NCBI GenBank assembly: GCA_050250895.1 | Contig: JBFWNU010000001.1 | Coordinates: 160,001 to 224,000, forward strand | Origin: Vulcanimicrobiota bacterium | Lineage (GTDB): Bacteria > Vulcanimicrobiota > Xenobia > Xenobiales > JADMJV01 | DNA: 64,000 nt | Direction: 5' to 3' | Part shown: positions 33,129 to 42,035 of the stretch, in pieces | Position numbering within the stretch: the stretch's first letter is position 1 | Layout: each line of letters starts with the position of its first letter | Notes under the pieces: model-generated | Told to the model about the DNA's origin: nothing | Seen by the model: only the letters and a program-made list of their open reading frames with translations | Database searches by the model: none | Program-made: the position numbers and the translations under genes

Positions 33129-34097
33129 CTAGTCGCGGCTGACCGGCACTTCGAAGCCGCCCACATCGACAAAGTCCCAGTCGGTGGCTACTTCGCCCGC
33201 CTCGGGCGCCTTACCCAATACCCGGCGGGTTTCTTGGATGTCCTCCAGCTGAGGCTGCCAACGGTCGAGGGTGTCGCGCAACAGGGCTGGGCGATCGTCA
33301 TCCTGGACCATAATCCCGCCCAGTAAGAGGCCTCCCATGCCGATCAGACCCGGCAATTGCAGGCCCGGCACGAAGAGGCAACTCAAGGTGGATACTCCAG
33401 CCCCGATCAGACAAGCGTTCTTGATCTTCTCCTGGCGAACCTGAGTCGCTTTGATGGCCTGGCGCATCTCGTCGAGGGTGTCACCCTTGCCCTTATGCAC
33501 CCGAGCCAGGTCATCTTCCACCTGAGCCAGAGCGTTGCCGGCCCCATCGCTATCCTGATGAGCCTTCAGCCAGTCTCGGGCCGAGGTCATGATCTGCACC
33601 AATTCTTGCCGGTTGGATTGGGGCGGGTGGGAGTTGAGTTCTTGCACCAGCTCGGCCTCGGCGCGAGCGTCGCTCGGCTGTTGATGGCGCAGCTGCTGGC
33701 TCCAGTAGGACAAAGTGTGCTGCTTTCTCCAGGCCTCGTCGACCTTATCGCCCGTCATTCCGCCGGTCACCATCAGCCCGACCGCGCCCACTACGCTCCC
33801 CAGTCGCAAGAGCATATGAGCCACGCTGGTCGGGCCAGGATTGAGGGTAAAGTCGACGGCCAGGGCCCCCATCAGACCCAAACCCGCCATCAGACAGGTG
33901 TGCTTCTTGCGGCTAAACCCCTGGCGCTCGAGTTGCAACAAGTGAAGCGTCTCACCGACGCTCGAACCCGGCATGGCCTCGATGGTGGCGGCGTCTTGCT
34001 GTTCTCGCCATGGAGAAATCCCCTGCGCTTGCTTCTCTTGGGCGCGCTGGCGGATGGTGGCGACCATACTCTCGCGAGAGCCGGACATGACTCGCAT
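33129..34097 (-). CDS. Hypothetical membrane protein with two TM hairpins
   Basis: 322-aa ORF with two Gly-rich hydrophobic hairpins, each followed by TL..W(Q/S)xQL. Confidence 0.7.
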   Translation of the reverse strand: MRVMSGSRESMVATIRQRAQEKQAQGISPWREQQDAATIEAMPGSSVGETLHLLQLERQGFSRKKHTCLMAGLGLMGALAVDFTLNPGPTSVAHMLLRLGSVVGAVGLMVTGGMTGDKVDEAWRKQHTLSYWSQQLRHQQPSDARAEAELVQELNSHPPQSNRQELVQIMTSARDWLKAHQDSDGAGNALAQVEDDLARVHKGKGDTLDEMRQAIKATQVRQEKIKNACLIGAGVSTLSCLFVPGLQLPGLIGMGGLLLGGIMVQDDDRPALLRDTLDRWQPQLEDIQETRRVLGKAPEAGEVATDWDFVDVGGFEVPVSRD

Positions 34098-34140
34098 GCT
34101 CTTACTCTAGACCAGCCCCCTGAAAAGGCTATGAAAGACT

Positions 34141-35448
34141 CTAGACAGCCTCGATGGGCACTGGTTCGACCGGCTCATAGTCGGTGAGGATATGCTCGAA
34201 CTCTTGCTTGAACTGCTCGGGCGAGACGTGAGCGGATGAAGCCAGCCGGCGCAGCGTCTCGGCGTTATCGAGATCAGAGCGATTGAGGCGAATCATGTAC
34301 TCGCGGGCGATGCGGAAGGACAGGCTATCGGTGTCGACCGCCCGGATGCGGGTCTTGCCGGTTTCGGCGTCTTGCAGCTCTTGGAAGGTCATGGGCACGA
34401 ACTTGTCGCCCTGGATGGTGATCATGGCGTTGGAGCCGCCGTTCTCGAGAAAGTCGACCGCTCCGAAGCCGAGATTGCGGGTGTAGTCGATATCAAAGGC
34501 GCAAGGCGGTACGCAGCGCAGTTCATAGCCGATCTCTTGATCGATCACCCGCAAGTCGATGCCAAACTCGCTCAGACGCTTGCGCAGGGCGAACTTGAGA
34601 ATGTCCGAAAAATTGAGTTCGGAGAGGCGAAGATGACCATGCTCATCGTGCTCGATGAACTGGTGGGCCGTGAGCAACCGCTTGAGTTCTTCCTCGTTGA
34701 GAAACTCGAGAAAGCCCTCGGCCACGATGGCCACACCGTGTGGGCGGCCCATGGCCATGCGCTTGATGACCGAACCGGCGATGGTATCGACGATCAGCGG
34801 CAGGCTGATGCGATTGGGAAACTCCTCGGGAATCAAGGTCAGGGTGGCCGAAGCAGATTTGCCGATGCCCAGAGCCAGATGGCCGGTCTTGCGCCCCATG
34901 GCTACCACCACGAACCAGCGCCCGGTGGCTCGGGCGTCGGTGAAGTAGGTGCTCACCATACGAGCTCCCTCGGAGCGGGCCGTCTCGAAGCCGAAGGTCG
35001 GCACGCCGGCCGGCAGGGGCAGGTCGTTGTCGATGGTCTTGGGCACATGACAGAAAGAAAGCTCATGATTGAGATACTTGCGCGAGTATTCGGCCACGGT
35101 GGTAGCCGAGAACAGGGTATCATCACCGCCGATGGTCACGAGGTGGGTGATTCCGATATCTTTGAGCGTCTCGACGGTATTGCGCAGATGGACATCGTTC
35201 TTGGTGGGATTGGCCCTGGAAGTGTGCAGGATGCTGCCGCCGCGCCGATGGATGCGAGTGACCTTGGGGATGGTCAAGAATTCGATCTTGGTATTGCCGT
35301 CCATGAGATGCTTGAAGCCATCATAGATCCCGATGACGGTATGACCCCGTTTGGTGGCCTCGATCGTGACCGAACTGATCACCGAGTTGATACCCGGCGC
35401 CGGACCGCCGCCCACCAGGATGCCGTATCGCTTGCTCTCTGCTTTCAT
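34141..35448 (-). CDS. pfp: Pyrophosphate-dependent-type phosphofructokinase
   Basis: GGGPAPGIN; GGDD and PKTIDND (PPi-type signature residues); MGR; GYELRC. Confidence 0.9.
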   Translation of the reverse strand: MKAESKRYGILVGGGPAPGINSVISSVTIEATKRGHTVIGIYDGFKHLMDGNTKIEFLTIPKVTRIHRRGGSILHTSRANPTKNDVHLRNTVETLKDIGITHLVTIGGDDTLFSATTVAEYSRKYLNHELSFCHVPKTIDNDLPLPAGVPTFGFETARSEGARMVSTYFTDARATGRWFVVVAMGRKTGHLALGIGKSASATLTLIPEEFPNRISLPLIVDTIAGSVIKRMAMGRPHGVAIVAEGFLEFLNEEELKRLLTAHQFIEHDEHGHLRLSELNFSDILKFALRKRLSEFGIDLRVIDQEIGYELRCVPPCAFDIDYTRNLGFGAVDFLENGGSNAMITIQGDKFVPMTFQELQDAETGKTRIRAVDTDSLSFRIAREYMIRLNRSDLDNAETLRRLASSAHVSPEQFKQEFEHILTDYEPVEPVPIEAV

Positions 35449-35527
35449 ATGGGCCCAAGCTTCTGCCCGTGGTAAAGCGGGACCTCCTGGGGAGGAATGC
35501 AAGCTGTCTAGCCAAAAGGGCCCGCCC

Positions 35528-36313
35528 ATGCAGACCATCACCTTAGAAATTTCGGCGGGTGTTGCCCGTCTTACCCTCAACCGGCCCGAAGTGCACAACG
35601 CCTTCAACGAGACTGTCATTCGCGAGCTCGACATGGCCATCACCGACCTGGGTCAGGACCCCAACGTTCGGGTGATTGTGCTGCGCGGCGCCGGCAAATC
35701 GTTTTCGGCCGGGGCCGACATCGACTGGATGCGCTCTCAAGCCCACGCCACCGATGACGAGAACCGCGCCTCGGGGGCAAAAATGGCCGGCCTATTCACC
35801 ACCATCGACCACTGCCCCAAGCCGATCGTGGCCGGCATCCAGGGCGCCGCCCTGGGTGGGGGCAGCGGGCTGACCTGCTGCGTCGACATCGCCATCGCCG
35901 CTCCCAACGCCCTGTTCGGCTTCACTGAGGTTCGCCTGGGCATTATTCCGGCCGTCATCTCGCCTTTCGTGATGCGCCGCCTGGGCTATTCCGAGGCTCG
36001 AGCCCGCTTTTTGACCGGCAGTCGGTTTGGGGCCGAAGAAGCCCTGCGCATCGGCATGGTCCACGCGGTAGCCGATGACCTCGATGCCGAGGTGGAGAAA
36101 ACGGTGCAAGAGTTGCTGGCCGGTGCCACCGGAGCCCACGCGGCCACTAAGGCCTTGATTCGTGAAATCTGGGACACCCCCCATCACCAGCAGTTGCCCA
36201 TCACGGCTGAGGCGACAGCCAAAGCACGGGCTTCAGCCGAAGGGAAAGAGGGGCTGTCGGCCTTTCTCGACAAGCGCAAGCCTAACTGGCATCCCCAGGC
36301 GGCCGTACGCTAA
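35528..36313 (+). CDS. Enoyl-CoA hydratase (methylglutaconyl-CoA hydratase-like)
   Basis: LNRPEVHNAF, FSAGADIDWM, ALGGG, TEVRLGIIPAVISP, EGLSAFLDKRKP. Confidence 0.92.
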   Translation: MQTITLEISAGVARLTLNRPEVHNAFNETVIRELDMAITDLGQDPNVRVIVLRGAGKSFSAGADIDWMRSQAHATDDENRASGAKMAGLFTTIDHCPKPIVAGIQGAALGGGSGLTCCVDIAIAAPNALFGFTEVRLGIIPAVISPFVMRRLGYSEARARFLTGSRFGAEEALRIGMVHAVADDLDAEVEKTVQELLAGATGAHAATKALIREIWDTPHHQQLPITAEATAKARASAEGKEGLSAFLDKRKPNWHPQAAVR

Positions 36314-36329
36314 AGGTCGATAAAAGCAG

Positions 36330-36355
36330 AAAAACCTCCGGGTTCCGTCCGAAGG
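36330..36355 (-). terminator. Intrinsic terminator
   Basis: Minus strand ccttcgg-acggaac-ccggagg-TTTTT (7-bp stem with one G-U pair). Confidence 0.65.
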
Positions 36356-36376
36356 CTCTTCGATGCGACTCATCGC
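36330..36376 (-). ncRNA. Candidate ~47-nt small RNA
   Basis: Lies downstream of a consensus promoter; hairpin CGATG-agtcg-CATCG then stem CCTTCGG/CCGGAGG plus TTTTT. Confidence 0.5.
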
Positions 36377-36382
36377 TCACGC

Positions 36383-36411
36383 AAGTTACCACGAGTCAGC
36401 CGATCTGTCAA
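36383..36411 (-). promoter_or_regulatory. Sigma70 promoter with extended -10
   Basis: Minus strand TTGACA-17 nt-TAACTT preceded by TGn. Confidence 0.7.
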
Positions 36412-36497
36412 GGCCCCCGGCAGCAATCCGTTAAGGCTGATTTCAGAGCGGCCTATTAAGGTTTGGTCATCAACTTCCGTGCAGGAGACCACGACCG

Positions 36498-36743
36498 ATG
36501 ATCAAGCCTTTCGCTTTTAACACCCCGAGCCTGGCCGCCACCGGCAGCAAACCCCCCGCCGACAAACCTGAGGCCGACCCTTTCCTGGATTGCGTCCAGG
36601 TCAAAACCACGGTGACCTTCGATAAGCCGTTCACCATGGAAGATCTGGCCAAGGCGATGCGCAAGAACGAGGACGGCAGCATCACGTTTAGCTTTGGTGA
36701 GGATTCTGGTGCTCACGTCGTCCACCACGACCAGGACAAGTAG
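36498..36743 (+). CDS. Small hypothetical protein
   Basis: 81-aa ORF with AGGAG upstream and typical codon usage. Confidence 0.65.
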   Translation: MIKPFAFNTPSLAATGSKPPADKPEADPFLDCVQVKTTVTFDKPFTMEDLAKAMRKNEDGSITFSFGEDSGAHVVHHDQDK

Positions 36744-36788
36744 CCCCGCTTAACGCCCGTTTGACGCCGGACGGATAGGCTCGTGTCG

Positions 36789-37844
36789 ATGAGAATCGAG
36801 CCCGTCCGTCCTCGCTATGTACAGCCCGGCTCGCTGGTGGTCAGCGATTTCTTCGATGGTCATGGGGGGCCGACCCACGGTGATATCGTGGAGCAATCGG
36901 CCCGCGACCTCGGCTTCACCGGCACCATCGAGCGACATCAGGCCGAGCGCACCCATGAGATGGTGCTGGCGGATCGCTTCTTTTCGCGTCTCGACAATCG
37001 CAACTTCACCCCCGACGAGATGCGGGCTTTCGTCTATGACTATGCCCTCAATCGTCAGGTGGGAGAACTCAAATCGGCCAGCCTCGAGCTGCAGAGCCTG
37101 GGCGAGGCCCGCAATTCGGTGCTTAACCTCAGCCGCGGCTGGGGACAAGCCCAGGTGGTCGAGGCCATCTATAGCCGGCTGCGCCTGGCCTGGGACGTGT
37201 CGGCTTATCCTCAAGACAAGATCGTAGCTCGACGGCGGCTGGCCAAGATTGCGCCGGCCCTTGGCCTGGATGCCGAGCGGGTGCAACAGCGAGGTCCCGA
37301 GCGCAATCGGCTGCAACAGGCGCTGATCGATCTGGTGGCAGGTAGCGCTTGCGACCACCGCTTGACCGAGGCCCAGCAAGCCTACGATCAACTGGTGCAC
37401 GCCTTTGAATCAGGCCATAACTCGGTAGTGGTGGCCGCCGCCAACTCGGGCGAGATCCTGCCCATGATGCACGAAGACGGAGGTCAGCCCAACCTGCCCC
37501 CTGGCTTTTTCAACAACCGCCTGGCTAACCCCGAGACCACCACCGTGGGCGCCACTCGTTGCTACGGCGGCTCCGAGCGGGTGGCCGGCTACACCAACCC
37601 CGACCCGGGCATCGATGTCTACGCCGACGGGGATATCGGTCAGGCCTGGGGAACCTCGTTCGCCACCCCACGCACCGGCGGCCTGATGGCCGAGTTGCAC
37701 GGACGCAACCCCGACAAGACGAGCGCCGAGATCGAAGGCCTGGTGGCCCACGACTTCGCCGAAAACCTGCCTGACTACGACGGCTACCCCAACGCGCCGG
37801 CCCTCAATGAAGAGCAGACGCGGGAGTGGTTCAAAGCCACCTAG
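36789..37844 (+). CDS. S8 (subtilase) family serine peptidase-like protein
   Basis: VVSD...THGDIV, VVVAAANSG, TVGAT, WGTSFATP: Asp/His/Asn/Ser in subtilase order. Confidence 0.82.
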   Translation: MRIEPVRPRYVQPGSLVVSDFFDGHGGPTHGDIVEQSARDLGFTGTIERHQAERTHEMVLADRFFSRLDNRNFTPDEMRAFVYDYALNRQVGELKSASLELQSLGEARNSVLNLSRGWGQAQVVEAIYSRLRLAWDVSAYPQDKIVARRRLAKIAPALGLDAERVQQRGPERNRLQQALIDLVAGSACDHRLTEAQQAYDQLVHAFESGHNSVVVAAANSGEILPMMHEDGGQPNLPPGFFNNRLANPETTTVGATRCYGGSERVAGYTNPDPGIDVYADGDIGQAWGTSFATPRTGGLMAELHGRNPDKTSAEIEGLVAHDFAENLPDYDGYPNAPALNEEQTREWFKAT

Positions 37845-37876
37845 GTTCCCGGTCGGCTGGCGGCGAAACTTACGCC

Positions 37877-39283
37877 ATGGCCATCACCTATCTGCTCGAA
37901 CGCCGTCGTCGCCTGCTCGACAGCAAGCTTGACGAGAACCTCATGGCCGGCGTCGGTGTGGTCGGTGTGCTTTTCTTTCTGGTGCCGATGCTCATTGGCG
38001 AAGTCCACTGGAAGTGGGGGGTCTTCGCCATCAGTCTGGGGCTGGGTTGCCTGGCCTGTGCCTTCGCCTACGCCACCTGGCAGATTTGGCGCTACGGCTC
38101 GATCTGGGCCGAATTGCAGGCCGGACGCGGCCTGGAAGAGTTGGCCGCAACCCCGGCCGATCTGACGCAGATGGTCGACCAGACGGCCGCCTATACGGTC
38201 AAACGGGCGCTCAAAGTGGTCGGTGTTCCTTTGCTAGCCCTGGTGGTGGGCTTGTTGGTGTCGGAGGCCCCGGTGGGCCTGATGGCCCTCGCCTTCTTTG
38301 CCGTTTTAGGCATCTCGCTGGCCTACACGGTTCAGGCCTGGTCGAGTTGGAGCGCTCTAGCCTGGTATTGGAGCATCTTCGGCATCCCCATCGCCTATGA
38401 GTGCCTGGCCGGCTGTATGGGCTTCACGGTGGGCCTTTCGGCGGTCACCGAGGTGGAGCTGCTATTCTGGCTCACCATCCCCATCGCCCTGGCCGGGATG
38501 GTCCTCATCCCCCGCTGCTTGACGCTGCTCGGCTTGCGCCATCGCGAGGATGTGCGCGCCAGGCTGGCCCGGCTTAGCTTTCGCGACCGCCGGCCTGTGA
38601 GCCAACGCTGGTGGGACGCCAACCCCGTACTGGCGCGATTGCTGGCTCCTTACACCCGGTCCGCCGTTCGGACCGGAGTGCTGATGGGTGTGATCGGTTC
38701 GACGCTGATGGGACTTGAACTAGCCCACGAACTCTCCACCAGTGCCAACGCCTGGCTGGGACCCGGCTACACCTTGCCTCTCGATCCCGAGCCCGGCCTC
38801 AAGGCCATCTTGACCGGCTTGCTCGTTCTTTTTGCCGGTGCGGCCTTCCTAACCTATTTCCAGGTGCACCGCGAGCACCGCTCGGCTTCGCTTGAACTGG
38901 TGCAACTCGCCAATGTGCCGGCCGCCCAACTGGTGGGCGGTTGGGTGACCTGGGGTTCGCTCGGGCCCCTGCTGTTGCTCGCCTCCAGTTTGCCTGGAGT
39001 GGCCTATGGCGCCTGGATGACCGGTTGCCAGGCCCAGGCAGCCGTGCTCCTCTTGACCGCCCCCTTGCTGATCCTGGCCGGGGCCCACCTGGGCGCCGCC
39101 GCCGTGCGGCCTGGCGAGTGCAAACCAGCCTTTGTGGTGGTAGCCCTCGGGGTGCTGCTGTTCCTGGGCCTGGGCGGAGGCCAACCCAGTTTGGTCGCAC
39201 CCGGGGCCATGGCCGTCCTCTTCGTCTACGCCGTCGGGGCCCTGGTCTACGTGCGCCACAAGACCCTGCGGGCCTACAGCTGA
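37877..39283 (+). CDS. Polytopic membrane protein (ABC-2 permease-like), paralog 1
   Basis: Many TM helices; begins MAITYLLERRRR; central WDANPVLARL. Confidence 0.7.
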   Translation: MAITYLLERRRRLLDSKLDENLMAGVGVVGVLFFLVPMLIGEVHWKWGVFAISLGLGCLACAFAYATWQIWRYGSIWAELQAGRGLEELAATPADLTQMVDQTAAYTVKRALKVVGVPLLALVVGLLVSEAPVGLMALAFFAVLGISLAYTVQAWSSWSALAWYWSIFGIPIAYECLAGCMGFTVGLSAVTEVELLFWLTIPIALAGMVLIPRCLTLLGLRHREDVRARLARLSFRDRRPVSQRWWDANPVLARLLAPYTRSAVRTGVLMGVIGSTLMGLELAHELSTSANAWLGPGYTLPLDPEPGLKAILTGLLVLFAGAAFLTYFQVHREHRSASLELVQLANVPAAQLVGGWVTWGSLGPLLLLASSLPGVAYGAWMTGCQAQAAVLLLTAPLLILAGAHLGAAAVRPGECKPAFVVVALGVLLFLGLGGGQPSLVAPGAMAVLFVYAVGALVYVRHKTLRAYS

Positions 39284-40524
39284 TGGCCATCACCTATCTC
39301 CTCGAACGCCGTCGGCGTAGCCTGGCAAAGCTGGCGCCAGAAGCTTGGGGGTGGGCGTTCTCGTGGTTGACCACTCTCACGGTCGTGGTCGAACCGCTTC
39401 GAATCCTCTGCCCGCTGGCACTCGCCGGGCTGGCCAGCTACCTGGCCACGGTGATCTGGCGCTATGCCTCGTTGTGGTTGAGCCTGCGCGACCAACAGAC
39501 CTTTGACTCTTTGGCCTCGACCTCGCTGCTACCGAGGCAGCTCGTGGACGAGGTGACCGGCTACACCCTCAAGCACATCGCGCTATTGTTCCTACTCCCG
39601 GGCCTGACCTTCGGTGGCCTGACTCTGGCCCGCCAGGCGAGCCTCGATACGCTGGCCCTGCTGGGCACCCTGATGCTGCTGCCTATAGCTATCATCTACA
39701 CTGTTCAGGTATGGACGACCTGGACCAATCTCGGCTCCGTCTGGGCGTTTTTGGGGGTGCCGTTGTCGTATAGTGGCCTGGGCCTGGCCACGCAAGCGAC
39801 GGCCCAGGGCCTGGGCCTCTCGCCCTGGCCCCTGGCGTTGTTGGCGGTCGGTGGGGTTGGATTGCTGGCCCGCTGGGGCGCGATTCGGGGCCTGAGAGTT
39901 CGTGAGCCGGCCAGAAGCCGGTCGCCGAGACCCATTTCCGTTGCGCTGTGGGACTTCAATCCGGTATTGGCCAGACTGGCAGCTCCCCTGGCCGAGCCTC
40001 GCCTGCGGGCCTTCTCTGCGCTGGGACTGGTCCTCTGGTGCCTGGGAGGGTTGCTGGCGCCCCCCTGGTTCCTGACAGTAGCGGCCTCTATCTTGTTGAT
40101 GCTGGCGGCCGGTTCCGGCTACATGCACGCCCAACAAGAGCGAGCCCGGGCCACCCTCGATGTGCTTCGCCAGACTAGCCTGAAAGCGAGCGTCCTGGTC
40201 GATGGCTGGGCGCTGGCCGCCTGGCTGCCCGCCCTGGCAATGCTGCTGGCTTTGACCCCGCGACTCCTGACGCTGTGGGCCTGGCCGAGCGTTCTGCTGG
40301 CGACAGCAGCCGCTGCCCTGACCTTGCTGCTGGCCAGTTACATCGGGGTGGGCCTGGTCCACTGGCAGGACATCATGACCGAACTGGCCCTGGTCAGTTA
40401 CGGCTTTGGGGCCTATCTCCTGACCTGCCCCGAGCAGGCCAGCAGCCTCTGGTGCCGGGTGCTGCTGCCTCTGGTGCTGCTAGCCCGCTGGCGGGTCGTC
40501 TCGGCCCACAGGGCAGGATTATAG
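39283..40524 (+). CDS. Polytopic membrane protein (ABC-2 permease-like), paralog 2
   Basis: TGATG-coupled to paralog 1; same MAITYLLERRRR start; WDFNPVLARL. Confidence 0.7.
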   Translation: MAITYLLERRRRSLAKLAPEAWGWAFSWLTTLTVVVEPLRILCPLALAGLASYLATVIWRYASLWLSLRDQQTFDSLASTSLLPRQLVDEVTGYTLKHIALLFLLPGLTFGGLTLARQASLDTLALLGTLMLLPIAIIYTVQVWTTWTNLGSVWAFLGVPLSYSGLGLATQATAQGLGLSPWPLALLAVGGVGLLARWGAIRGLRVREPARSRSPRPISVALWDFNPVLARLAAPLAEPRLRAFSALGLVLWCLGGLLAPPWFLTVAASILLMLAAGSGYMHAQQERARATLDVLRQTSLKASVLVDGWALAAWLPALAMLLALTPRLLTLWAWPSVLLATAAAALTLLLASYIGVGLVHWQDIMTELALVSYGFGAYLLTCPEQASSLWCRVLLPLVLLARWRVVSAHRAGL

Positions 40525-40570
40525 GCAAATTACCACAAAGAGTCCGCCTATTATCGAGGAGGGTTCTCTT

Positions 40571-41146
40571 TTGACAGAAGACGAAAAAGAAAAGGTTTTT
40601 ACCAATCTCGTCCAGCAAAGCTGGCACTACTACGGCGAGCGATTTCGCAATAGAAAGCTCGATGAGGTCCTGTTAGGAGCGGTCATCACCGCCTACGTCA
40701 AGATCGGCTTCATGCTGATCGACCTCAACTCCGACGGCACCAATCACTTCTTGCGCTTCGAAAATCCCGATGACAACACGCGCTTGCTGGTCAAGCTCAA
40801 CAACCTCTCCGAGGATTTCATCTCGGCCAAGGTCCAGGGTCATCTGGCCGAAGTCGAAGTGGGTTACGGCGAGAAGGCCGGCAACATGTCGTCCGTCTGG
40901 AATGCCTTCAAGAACGAGTTCAAAAGCGCGTTCATCCTGACCAATGAGCCAGGCGTGGTGAGCTTTGACGCCGATATCACCGGCGGCTACATCTACGCCA
41001 ACCTGCCCCTGATCCTCAATCTCGACAACTATCTCGAATCGCACTACTCGATCAAGGTCGCCGACCTCACCCGCGACCTCGATTGTGTCGTTCACTCGCT
41101 CCGCAAGTATCTGCGGGGACGTCTCAATATCGCGGCGGGGGTGTAA
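40571..41146 (+). CDS. Hypothetical soluble protein (pair, gene A)
   Basis: 191 aa, GAGGAGG RBS with TTG start, strongly C-ending codons. Confidence 0.8.
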   Translation: MTEDEKEKVFTNLVQQSWHYYGERFRNRKLDEVLLGAVITAYVKIGFMLIDLNSDGTNHFLRFENPDDNTRLLVKLNNLSEDFISAKVQGHLAEVEVGYGEKAGNMSSVWNAFKNEFKSAFILTNEPGVVSFDADITGGYIYANLPLILNLDNYLESHYSIKVADLTRDLDCVVHSLRKYLRGRLNIAAGV

Positions 41147-41147
41147 A

Positions 41148-41690
41148 ATGGGCCTTTTTGAATTGATGCAAAAGTTCTCGCACGGTCGCGAGATGCGCGA
41201 GAGCATGGACGAGATTCTGGTCGGCAAGATCATTGCCGTGATGGTCGACAAAGGCTATCCCGTGCTGGCCATCCGGTCGGATATGGACCGCCAACAGGTG
41301 CAATTCCGCATGGTCGGTGACGAGGTGTTGCATTGCGTGATCATCACGCTCGACCGCAAGACGGCCGGACTCACCGCCAAGGTGGTTGGCAACGTGGCCA
41401 CCCTCACCTTCCAGGCCGAGGTCAAGAACTTCCTGTGTGACCCCGACGACCTGCTGCACATGTACAAGACCGACATCCAGAACATCTTGAAAGTGCCGCT
41501 CATGGGTCAGGTCAAGATCAATCACCAGCTCAACTCGGTCTTCGCCACCACCACCAAGATCATCCGCATCGAAGACGTCGACCGGGGCGGTCTCGAACAC
41601 CTCTCCGGCGAAATCTTCCCCACCATCGACGACCTGCGCGAGAAACTACGCCAGTATAAGAAAGCTTCGACCCTCCAGGTCAACTACTAA
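41148..41690 (+). CDS. Hypothetical soluble protein (pair, gene B)
   Basis: Starts 1 nt after gene A; distant similarity to gene A. Confidence 0.8.
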   Translation: MGLFELMQKFSHGREMRESMDEILVGKIIAVMVDKGYPVLAIRSDMDRQQVQFRMVGDEVLHCVIITLDRKTAGLTAKVVGNVATLTFQAEVKNFLCDPDDLLHMYKTDIQNILKVPLMGQVKINHQLNSVFATTTKIIRIEDVDRGGLEHLSGEIFPTIDDLREKLRQYKKASTLQVNY

Positions 41691-41992
41691 GGAGCTCTCG
41701 CTTCGCTCGAGGGAAAGGAGCGGCCCTTCGGGCCGGGAGAAGGAGCGAACTGAGCTGTCGCTCAGTTCGAGACGAGGCGCCCTCGGCGGCGTAGCCGCCG
41801 CTCCCTGTCGGCCGCAAGGCCGAAATCTCCGGGCGAAGCCCACGGCTCCTTCTCCCGCCGGCGCAGCCGGCGCTCCCCGTCGGCCGCAAGGCCGAAATCT
41901 CCGGGCGAAGCCCACGGCTCCTTTTCCCGCCGACGCAGTCGGCGCTCCCTGTCGGCCGCCAGGCCGAAATCTCGGCGGCGTAGCCGCCGCCC
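41691..41992. repeat. Composite palindromic intergenic repeat (BIME/REP-like), copy 1
   Basis: One 52-bp-type module, 24-bp palindrome at 41746-41769, then a 72-bp-period array (cgaaatct at 41821, 41893, 41965). Confidence 0.9.
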
Positions 41993-42035
41993 CTCGTGCA
42001 ATCGGCCTGCAACGCCCAGGGGTCATAGTGGGGCC

